Assembly: GCA_035405645.1 (NCBI GenBank)
Contig: DAONJL010000027.1
Location: 1 to 32,989 of the forward strand
Source: a bacterium
Lineage (GTDB): Bacteria; JAGOBX01; DAONJL01
Direction: 5' to 3'
Length of the DNA stretch: 32,989 nt
The notes beneath the pieces are model-generated. The model saw nothing but the letters and a program-made list of their open reading frames with translations. It ran no database searches and was not told the DNA's origin. The position numbers were made by a program, and so were the translations under genes. Shown piece by piece: positions 25,576-32,989 of the stretch (position 1 is the stretch's first letter; every line of letters begins with the position of its first letter).

Positions 25576-28188
25576 TTATTCACCCCAACTATCGCGAATA
25601 GAAATTTTTACTTTAAGTGGTATTCTTAATTTTATTACATTTTCCATCTGGTTTTTTATTATTTGTTGAACTTCCTGTATTTCATCAAGTGGAGAATTAA
25701 ATATTAATTCATCATGAATTGTTAATAATAATTTTGTTCTATATTTTTTTAATTCTTGAAAAATTTTTAACATTGCTAATTTTAAAATATCAGCAGCCGA
25801 ACCTTGAACAGGCATATTTATTGCCATTCGTTCTGCTGCTTCTCGAATATTTTTATTTCTATCATTAATTTGTGGTATATATCTTCTTCGATTAAATATT
25901 GTTTCAACATATCCATTTTTTTTAGCAAATTCTTTTACTTCATTAAAATATTTTTTTATTCCATTATATTTTTCAAAATATCTAATAATATATTTTTTAG
26001 CCTCACTAACAGGTATATTCAAATCTTTACCTAATTTAAAAGCACTCATTCCATAAATAATACCAAAATTTATTGTTTTAGCAAGTCTGCGAATATGATT
26101 ATCAACTTGAATATTTTCGCCAAATATTTCTTTTGCAGTGCGAATATGTATATCTTCATCATTTAAAAATGCTTCAATCATTCGTTCATCATTTGATAAA
26201 TGAGCTAATATTCGTAATTCAATCTGAGAATAATCAGAAATAATAAATTTACAATTTTCATCAGCAATAAAAATTTTTCTAATTGAATATCTTTCTTCTT
26301 TTTCAACAGGAATATTTTGTAGATTTGGATTTATACTGATGATTCTGCCAGTTGTAGCACCGCATTGATTAAAAGTAGTGTAAATTCTCTGGTTTTGAGT
26401 TAATTCTTTAAAATTTGCAATATATGTATTTTCAAGTTTTGTTAGATTTCTATATTCTAATAATAATTCAGGTAATTTATGAAAACTTTTTAATTCTTCT
26501 AAAACTTCATTATCAGTAGAATAACCAGATTTTATTTTTTTTAATTTTGGTAAATTATATTTTTCAAAAAGTAATTCACTGATTTGTTTTGGGCTATTCA
26601 AATTTATTGTATTATCAGCATATTTATAAATTTCTTTTTTTATTTCCTCAATATCATTTTTTATTTGTTGCTCGATTTTTAGTAAATAATCATAATTAAT
26701 TTTTATACCATATTGTTCCATTTTAAATAAAATAATTATTAAAGGCAATTCAATTTCATAGTATAATTTTAATAAATTAAATTCTTCTAATTTTTTTGAT
26801 AAGATTTCCTCAATATCATTTAAATGTGATATTAAATATTGAGTAAATTTAATAAGACTATTTTCGTTTTTTTCATTATTAAAATTAGTTATAATGTTTT
26901 TATTGTAAAATTGATTTATAATTCTAATAAGAGATAAATTCGAATTATCAGAATTTAATAAAAATAAAGCAATAGAAATATCAAAAGAATTTTTTAAAAT
27001 TTTTTCAAATTGCTCTAAACTAATATTTGAAATAAATTTTTTAATAAACTCTTTAGTATTAAAAAAAATAAATTTTGAGTTTGGCTGTTCAAAAATTTTT
27101 AAAATAAAATTTTGTGCAGGTTCTTTAAAAATTATATAATTATTAAAATCAGTAATTATAGCATTTTCGACATTATTAATATAAAAAGAATAAAAGAAAT
27201 ATTTTTTCGAATTTTTAATTTTATTAAAGAGAGAAACAGCAGAATTTAGAGAAAAATAAAAGGTTGGAAATTCGACATTTAATATTTCTTCATTTTTTTC
27301 TGGAGATTGAATAACATTATTTTGAAACAAATCATCTTTAAATTCAAGATTTTTTAAATCATTTATTACAGAGAATAATTCAAGTTCTTTTAATTGTTCA
27401 AGTGCATTATTCAAATTTAATTTTAAATTAGCAAAAGAAGAAGAATCAAAATTCAAATCAATATACTTTAATTCGACTAATTTTTTGCTTAAATAAGCCG
27501 AATCTTTGCCATCAATTAATTTTTGTTTAATAGAATTAGATTTTATTTTATCAAGAGAAGAATAAATATTATCAAGAGAAAGAAATTCATTTAGTAAATC
27601 AGCGGCAGTTTTTGGACCAATACCTTTTACACCCGGAATATTATCACTGCTATCACCAGTTAAAGCAAGAAAGTCAACAATTTGGGAAGGTAGGACATTA
27701 AATTTATTTTTTACTTCATTTTCATCAATGATAATCAAACCTTTTTTACTTTCAGAAATTAGTTTAACTTTATCAGAAACTAATTGATATAAATCTTTAT
27801 CAGAAGAAAAAATAAAAATATTTTGATTATTAAATTTTTTAGAAATTGAAAAAATTAAATCATCAGCTTCCAAACCTTCTTTTTCAATGAGAAAAAAACC
27901 TAATTGCTTTAATAAATCAGTAATAACAGAAAATTGAATTTTTAACTCATCAGGCGCTTCTAATCTATTTGCTTTATAATCTGGAAAAATTTCATTTCGA
28001 AAAGTTTTTTTACCAGTATCAAGAACAATAATCAAATTTTGAACATTAAATTGTTTAATTATTTTTATTATGCTTTTTAAAGTGCCTAAAATAGCATTTG
28101 TTGGATATCCTTTACTTGTTCTTAAAGAAGGAATAGCGTAAAAAGATTTAAAAATAATAGAATATAAATCAACTAAAAATAATGACAT
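25576..28188 (-). CDS. polA: DNA polymerase I (5'-3' exonuclease plus polymerase; 3'-5' proofreading motifs apparently absent)
   Basis: N-terminus LFLVDLYSIIFKSFYA resembles the PolA start. FEN motifs are present (LEADDLIF, SSDKDLYQLV, LTGDSSDNIPGVKGIGPKTA). Polymerase motifs A/B/C are present (DYSQIELRILAHLS, RRLAKTINFGIIYGMSAFKL, HDELIFN). The interdomain region has no DxE or YxxxD exonuclease motifs. Confidence 0.9.
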   Translation of the reverse strand: MSLFLVDLYSIIFKSFYAIPSLRTSKGYPTNAILGTLKSIIKIIKQFNVQNLIIVLDTGKKTFRNEIFPDYKANRLEAPDELKIQFSVITDLLKQLGFFLIEKEGLEADDLIFSISKKFNNQNIFIFSSDKDLYQLVSDKVKLISESKKGLIIIDENEVKNKFNVLPSQIVDFLALTGDSSDNIPGVKGIGPKTAADLLNEFLSLDNIYSSLDKIKSNSIKQKLIDGKDSAYLSKKLVELKYIDLNFDSSSFANLKLNLNNALEQLKELELFSVINDLKNLEFKDDLFQNNVIQSPEKNEEILNVEFPTFYFSLNSAVSLFNKIKNSKKYFFYSFYINNVENAIITDFNNYIIFKEPAQNFILKIFEQPNSKFIFFNTKEFIKKFISNISLEQFEKILKNSFDISIALFLLNSDNSNLSLIRIINQFYNKNIITNFNNEKNENSLIKFTQYLISHLNDIEEILSKKLEEFNLLKLYYEIELPLIIILFKMEQYGIKINYDYLLKIEQQIKNDIEEIKKEIYKYADNTINLNSPKQISELLFEKYNLPKLKKIKSGYSTDNEVLEELKSFHKLPELLLEYRNLTKLENTYIANFKELTQNQRIYTTFNQCGATTGRIISINPNLQNIPVEKEERYSIRKIFIADENCKFIISDYSQIELRILAHLSNDERMIEAFLNDEDIHIRTAKEIFGENIQVDNHIRRLAKTINFGIIYGMSAFKLGKDLNIPVSEAKKYIIRYFEKYNGIKKYFNEVKEFAKKNGYVETIFNRRRYIPQINDRNKNIREAAERMAINMPVQGSAADILKLAMLKIFQELKKYRTKLLLTIHDELIFNSPLDEIQEVQQIIKNQMENVIKLRIPLKVKISIRDSWGE

Positions 28189-28205
28189 ATAAAATTTGAA
28201 TAAAA

Positions 28206-29387
28206 TTAATTTTCTAATAAATTATTAAATGAATCAGGAATATCTTTATTTAATTTTTTGTATTTATTCAAATAATATTCAGCCATAACTTGATTATTTT
28301 TTTTGGTTTTATATAAATAAATAAGATTTTCATAAGCGAGAAAAAAATCCTCTTTAATATTAATAATTTTTTCAAAAGTAGAAATAGATTTATCAAATTC
28401 ATTATTATACTTATAAGCAATAGCTAAATTAACAAGAGAATCAAAATGATTTTCATTTAATAATAAAGCTTTTCTAAAATTTTCAATTGCTTCATAATAA
28501 TTAGCCTGTAAGAAATATAACCTACCAATATTAAAAAAAGTCTCAAAATCAAGTGGATTTATTTCTAATATTTTTTCGAAATTTTTTAATGCGAGATAAT
28601 AATCACCTGTTTTAATATAGCATAAAGAAATATTGTTTAAACTCTCAATATCATTAGGCTTAAATTCAAGAACTTTTTTAAAATTTAAAATAGCATCATT
28701 TATATTATTATCTTGAAGATTTAATAAACCAAGAAATTTATTAGCAGCAATGGAATTTGGATTTTTTTGAATCGCTTTTATTAAATAAGGCTTGATTGAT
28801 TGAGTGTCATTTTTATTTAAACATAACAGAGATAAATTATTTAAAGCAGTTTCATTATCCTGTTCTGTTAATAAGATATTTTTATAAGTTTCAATTTCAG
28901 ATTCAATATTAGCAGTATGAGATAATAATTGAGCTTCAAAAATTAAAAATTTTTTATTATCAGCAAAATATTTTTTTGCTACTTGCATATAATTATCAGC
29001 ATTTTGAATATTATTTGCTTTTAATTGATTTTGAATAATGTTTAGAAAACAAGATAATAAAATATTTTTTCGTTCTGTATCAGAATTAATTTCATAAGCA
29101 ATTTCATTAGCAATTAAAGCATTTTTCCAATCAATAAAAGAATCAGTATTAGCATCTTTTTTATAATAAGCTTTTGTATATAAAACATCAGCTAATGCAA
29201 TTCTACTTCTGGTTTTAGTAGGATATTTTTTAATGTCCAGAAGATAATAATTTATTGCTTTATCTAAATTACCTTCCCTTTCTGCTTTAATACCTTTTCT
29301 ATAAGCATTCCAGGCAAAATAAGTTTTATAATCAAAACAGGCAATAAAAAATAAAAGAAAAAAATAAAAGATAAAAGTTTTGCGCAT
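28206..29387 (-). CDS. TPR-repeat lipoprotein (candidate secretin pilotin, PilF/PilW/Tgl-like)
   Basis: Start placed at MRKTFIFYFFLLFFIAC (signal peptide with a lipobox-like FIAC, Cys17) behind a GGGAA SD. The track ORF starts 8 codons earlier. About 8 TPR units run through the protein. It lies 17 nt upstream of polA on the same strand. Confidence 0.7.
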   Translation of the reverse strand: MRKTFIFYFFLLFFIACFDYKTYFAWNAYRKGIKAEREGNLDKAINYYLLDIKKYPTKTRSRIALADVLYTKAYYKKDANTDSFIDWKNALIANEIAYEINSDTERKNILLSCFLNIIQNQLKANNIQNADNYMQVAKKYFADNKKFLIFEAQLLSHTANIESEIETYKNILLTEQDNETALNNLSLLCLNKNDTQSIKPYLIKAIQKNPNSIAANKFLGLLNLQDNNINDAILNFKKVLEFKPNDIESLNNISLCYIKTGDYYLALKNFEKILEINPLDFETFFNIGRLYFLQANYYEAIENFRKALLLNENHFDSLVNLAIAYKYNNEFDKSISTFEKIINIKEDFFLAYENLIYLYKTKKNNQVMAEYYLNKYKKLNKDIPDSFNNLLEN

Positions 29388-29391
29388 ATAA

Positions 29392-29898
29392 TTATTTTCC
29401 CTTATTTGCAATTTCTGGTTTATTAAAATTATAATCTTCTCTTAAAAAGAAATCAGCTTCATCGCCATAATTAGAATAATATTTAGAATGAACTTTTTTA
29501 ATCAAATCTCTTTTTAAATATCGTTCATAATCTGCACCATAAACTTTTTTATATGTAGTTGCTAATTGTTTATAAAGTTTATCAATATATTCATCAAGAT
29601 TTATTTTTTCTTTTGTTTGTATATTTTTTTCTTCATTTATAGTTTCATCTTTTTTATCACTAATTTTTTCATCTTGTTTTAATTCTTTTTTTTCTTTTAA
29701 AAAAAATTTATGATAAAATTTAGAAATCAAAAAGTAAGTATAATATTTAGTAGTATTGATAAAAATGTTGAAATTAATAACAAATGAAAAGACTAAAAAA
29801 AATATTAAAAGAAAAAGAAAATATTTTATAAGTGAATTCCTGATTAACTTTTTAAACTTATAAGATTTTTTTATATGCAATAAAGATTTTTCATCCAT
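29392..29898 (-). CDS. small single-pass membrane protein with a lysine-rich tail
   Basis: TM helix LIKYFLFLLIFFLVFSFVINFNIFI, then charged K/E-rich sequence. Overlaps the upstream gene by 8 nt. No recognisable domain. Confidence 0.55.
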   Translation of the reverse strand: MDEKSLLHIKKSYKFKKLIRNSLIKYFLFLLIFFLVFSFVINFNIFINTTKYYTYFLISKFYHKFFLKEKKELKQDEKISDKKDETINEEKNIQTKEKINLDEYIDKLYKQLATTYKKVYGADYERYLKRDLIKKVHSKYYSNYGDEADFFLREDYNFNKPEIANKGK

Positions 29899-31369
29899 TA
29901 TCTAACTCTTTTTTTATATTATTTAATTCTTCAATAAAATTATAGTAAATAAAATTTTTAAATTTAGAGTCAAGAGTTTTATTTTTTAAAATATCATTAA
30001 AAATTTTAAAACTTTTTTGATGCCAGGCGAGTGCTTCTAATCTTTTCTTTTTTATCAGTTCTTTTGATGATGATTTTAATTTCAAATATTTATATTCTAA
30101 ACTTGAATTTTTAGTATTTTGAAATAAACGAATAGCATATAAATATTTTTCCTTTTCAGGAAAATATTTCATTAAATCAATTTTTTCTTTTTCTAATAAT
30201 TCAATTTTATTTAATATTTCTTTTAATTCAAATTTGCCATAATCAATTCTTTTTAGTTTTGAATTTAGATAATTTTTTAATTCATAATCATTTATAATAT
30301 TTTCTTTGATAATATTAATATCTTTACTATATTTGAATTCTTCACCAGCACTAATATATTTTTCTTTAAAATCATTATTATTACTTTCAAATAAATTTAT
30401 GATATAAACAATACCATCAAAAACATTAATACTAATTAAATTTGAAATTTCATTGAAAGATATAGAAAAAATAGTGCCATAAGGAATAATTTTACAAATA
30501 GGAGTAATAAATTCAATATTATTTTTATCAGTAAATTTAGCGAAATCTTTCTTAATAACCAGACACTCACCAGCGATTAATTTAATTTTTAAAATTTCAT
30601 CATTATTATTTTTTTCAATATCAAAAGAAACTTTTGTATTATTAGCAAGTTCGAAATTTAATGAAGTGCCTTGATAAAAATAAACAATTTCTTTTGTTTG
30701 ATTTATTTCAGTCTTAATAATTTCACCTAAATTAATTTTAGTAAGAAATTGAGTAGTATCAAAAATATCAGCAAAAGAATTATTAATTAAGTAAATTTCA
30801 TTAGAATTTTTAATATTAGATAAAATATTTATTTTTTCATCGAACTTATTTAAAGAGTTATAAATTAAAGAAAGTTTAATGATAATATCAGGATTATTTC
30901 TATCAATTTCTAATAAATTTTTTAAAGTATCTTCTGCCTGAAAAAATTTTTTATTCATTATATATAAATCAGATAATTCTAATAATAATTCTGCATTATA
31001 TGGTTTGATACGGTCAGCTTTTTCAAAAGCTTTAATAGCTTCATCGATTTGATTTAATTCTTTATTTAACTTACCTTTAAAATAATAATACTTAAATTCA
31101 ATCTCTTTTTCTAAATTATTTTCATTTATTTCATTTAATTTATTTAATGCTTCTTTATATTTATTTTTATTTATTAATTTTTCGATTTCATTAATTTTCT
31201 TTTCCTGAAGAGAAATAAAGAAATTTTTAAATAATTCAAATATTTTAAATTTTCTTAAATTAAAAGTAATATTTGGGTCATGATGTCGTAATTGTGAATA
31301 AAAAGCAGAAGCAAAAAAAATAAATAAAGCAATAAAAAATAACCAAAAAATTTTACTTCGTTTAAACAT
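29891..31369 (-). CDS. membrane-anchored TPR/coiled-coil protein with a central beta-rich (FecR-like?) region
   Basis: N-terminal TM helix (IFWLFFIALFIFFASAFYSQL). TPR-like helical repeats (YKEALNKLNEINEN...AIKAFEKADRIKPYNAELLLELSDLYI). A beta-strand-rich middle region. 26 nt downstream of the secretin gene. Confidence 0.65.
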   Translation of the reverse strand: MFKRSKIFWLFFIALFIFFASAFYSQLRHHDPNITFNLRKFKIFELFKNFFISLQEKKINEIEKLINKNKYKEALNKLNEINENNLEKEIEFKYYYFKGKLNKELNQIDEAIKAFEKADRIKPYNAELLLELSDLYIMNKKFFQAEDTLKNLLEIDRNNPDIIIKLSLIYNSLNKFDEKINILSNIKNSNEIYLINNSFADIFDTTQFLTKINLGEIIKTEINQTKEIVYFYQGTSLNFELANNTKVSFDIEKNNNDEILKIKLIAGECLVIKKDFAKFTDKNNIEFITPICKIIPYGTIFSISFNEISNLISINVFDGIVYIINLFESNNNDFKEKYISAGEEFKYSKDINIIKENIINDYELKNYLNSKLKRIDYGKFELKEILNKIELLEKEKIDLMKYFPEKEKYLYAIRLFQNTKNSSLEYKYLKLKSSSKELIKKKRLEALAWHQKSFKIFNDILKNKTLDSKFKNFIYYNFIEELNNIKKELDNG

Positions 31370-31395
31370 AGTTAAAAGATAAGAAAAAATAAATG

Positions 31396-32989
31396 TTATT
31401 CAATAATTTCACAACTTAATAAAACAATCAATTCAGTTCTCGAATCAGATTTCTTTTTTGTAGTAAATAATGTATTTATTAAAGGAATTTTTTCAAATAA
31501 TTTATTTTTTTGTTCGACTTCTGTATTATTTGTGCTAATCATTCCACCAATAAAAACAGTTTCACCGGATTTGATTAAAATACTTGTTGTTGCTTTTCTG
31601 GTATTTATAATTGGTTGGTTATCAGTGGTATAGCCCGCAAGAGAATTAGCTTCTGGCTGAATATTTAATAAAATTTTATCCGGGAAAATGAAATCTGGAG
31701 TTACTTTTAATCTTATAAAAACATCTTTAAATTCATAAGAAACATTACTTGTAATTGCATTATTATTATTATTATTAGCAGAAATATCATACATAGCCTT
31801 TTTAAAAGGTATTTGATTACCAACAAGAATTTCAGCTTCTTTTTTATTTATTGCTACGATATTTGGTCTTGATAAAGTATTTACTTTCCCTTTCTTTTTT
31901 AAATTATTTAAAATTATTTGTATATTTGAAGGATAACTTCTAAAAATAATTTGACCATCAATAGAATTATAATTAAAGAAGTTTTTTCCTAAATTATCAT
32001 TATCAACAACCTCGCCAACAGACATACCAAAATCATCTTCATTATTAAAAGAGACTTCAACAATTTGTGCAGTAATTTTAAATTGTTTAATAGTGTATGC
32101 TTTATCAAGATTTTCAAGAACAGGAATTATTTTTTTAATGTTTAAAGGTTTATCTTTAATAATCAATGAATTATTAGAATAATTCAAAACAAATACATTT
32201 TTATTTTCAAAATATTTTTTAATTTCCTCAATTATTTTTTCAACTTCAATATTTTTAAATTTATATTCATAAGAAATAATATCGTCTTTTGGTATTTGCC
32301 AATAAGAAGAATCAAAAGGAAGTTCAACATATTCTTTAATTTGAATAAAATCACCATCAGATAAATTAATATTTGAATTTTGAGTATTATTTAATAAATC
32401 ATTTAAAATAACAACATTATTTTCGCCTGTTTTTGATTTAATATAAGCAATCTGAATATAATCATCATCAATAGAAAAATTTATTTTTTTAATTAAATCA
32501 ATTAATCGTTCATTAGTTTGTAAAATAAATTCTTTTTCTTTAATATTTTCAGCAAGCAGATTAATCTTTTTATATTTTGGAAAATTTTCAATAAATAAAA
32601 TATCATTATTTTGCAAAAATATTTCTTCATTTAATTTATTTATATTATTTTCGATTATTAAAGATTGCTCTAATTCGCCGTTTCTGTATAATGTTAAAGT
32701 AGTGAGTTGTGTATCAGAATATTGGTATTTTAAAAAATTAAGAATTTCAAAAAAAGTAACATCAGAATTAAAAGAATAGATATTAGTATTAAATAAATTA
32801 CTGATTATTAAAACATTTATTTTTTCAAGAGCAGGTCTTTTTTCAATCAAAATGAAATCATTATCAAGCAAATTATACTTTAAAATATCGCTATTTGAAG
32901 CAATTGTTTTTTCTAAATTATGAATAATTTTTTTATTATTAAAATTTATGATTTCTATATGAGTAAAATAATTTTCATCATATCGCCAT
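31396..32989 (-). CDS. secretin-family outer-membrane channel (GspD/PilQ-like), 5'-partial (runs off the window end)
   Basis: C-terminal secretin domain: TLSRPNIVAINKKEAEILVGNQIPF...TSILIKSGETVFIGGMISTNNTEVEQKNKLFEKIPLINTLFTTKKKSDSRTELIVLLSCEIIE. The reading frame stays open upstream to nt 32989 (...WRYDENYFTHIEIINF...). The track start at 32871 is an internal TTG, so the true N-terminus lies outside the window. Confidence 0.85.
   Translation of the reverse strand, partial: WRYDENYFTHIEIINFNNKKIIHNLEKTIASNSDILKYNLLDNDFILIEKRPALEKINVLIISNLFNTNIYSFNSDVTFFEILNFLKYQYSDTQLTTLTLYRNGELEQSLIIENNINKLNEEIFLQNNDILFIENFPKYKKINLLAENIKEKEFILQTNERLIDLIKKINFSIDDDYIQIAYIKSKTGENNVVILNDLLNNTQNSNINLSDGDFIQIKEYVELPFDSSYWQIPKDDIISYEYKFKNIEVEKIIEEIKKYFENKNVFVLNYSNNSLIIKDKPLNIKKIIPVLENLDKAYTIKQFKITAQIVEVSFNNEDDFGMSVGEVVDNDNLGKNFFNYNSIDGQIIFRSYPSNIQIILNNLKKKGKVNTLSRPNIVAINKKEAEILVGNQIPFKKAMYDISANNNNNNAITSNVSYEFKDVFIRLKVTPDFIFPDKILLNIQPEANSLAGYTTDNQPIINTRKATTSILIKSGETVFIGGMISTNNTEVEQKNKLFEKIPLINTLFTTKKKSDSRTELIVLLSCEIIE

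Noticed and set aside
10850-26034. Other short antisense or embedded ORFs in the track (e.g. 10850-11083, 11417-11893, 13355-13693, 14032-14217, 14545-14781, 15736-15963, 16195-16386, 18358-18564, 21509-21712, 21899-22084, 22354-22581, 23248-23616, 23728-23961, 24693-24890, 24949-25233, 25804-26034)
   Set aside because: Each lies wholly inside a longer, domain-supported CDS on the opposite strand or in another frame. They have low-complexity composition and no start context.
1-32989. CRISPR arrays, IS elements, integrases or prophage genes (including near the tRNA)
   Set aside because: No regularly spaced direct repeats, no transposase, integrase or recombinase-like ORFs, and no inverted terminal repeats were seen.
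1-32989. Alternative genetic code (TGA recoded, as in some AT-rich candidate phyla)
   Set aside because: lrp terminates at TGA in a canonical ATGA overlap. Trp is encoded by TGG throughout. Domain boundaries end cleanly at TAA or TGA stops.

Overview
The window is very AT-rich and almost entirely coding (about 95%). Genes are tightly packed, with several 1-25 nt overlaps and two convergent pairs only 4 and 8 nt apart. Clear AAGGAG-type Shine-Dalgarno sites precede the giant adhesin, TPR and malQ genes, with GAGGGA and GGTGA variants before ktrA, lrp and mscS. Several strong TTGACA/TATAAT-like promoters are visible. TGA is used as a stop, so this reads as standard bacterial code 11.

Gene content points to a diderm bacterium with a type IX secretion system, probably a non-Bacteroidia member of the FCB superphylum or a related candidate lineage. 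That assignment is inferred from composition and gene content only.

Layout, start to end:
(i) A 3187-aa secreted giant protein with five lamin-tail-domain (LTD) modules, fibronectin-III/Ig-like arrays and a C-terminal T9SS sorting domain. It overlaps by one nucleotide a membrane-anchored coiled-coil protein.
(ii) A secreted TPR protein followed by a patatin-POTRA-Omp85 protein, i.e. a type Vd autotransporter like PlpD/FplA.
(iii) tRNA-Thr(CGT).
(iv) MscS channel, PHP phosphoesterase and an unusual polytopic membrane protein ending in an AlbA_2 (Schlafen-like) domain.
(v) ktrB-ktrA potassium uptake genes on the minus strand.
(vi) A 430-bp divergent intergenic region with a near-consensus promoter and a candidate leaderless small membrane protein.
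(vii) lrp/asnC regulator overlapping an aminotransferase; a double zinc-ribbon coiled-coil protein; an orphan CheY receiver; malQ.
(viii) On the minus strand, a tightly packed run: partial secretin, TM-TPR protein, small membrane protein, TPR lipoprotein, polA.

No CRISPR array, integrase, transposase or rRNA was found. The most unusual items are the LTD giant adhesin with its coupled coiled-coil partner, the PHP plus membrane-AlbA_2 pair, and the secretin-pilotin-like module co-transcribed with polA.
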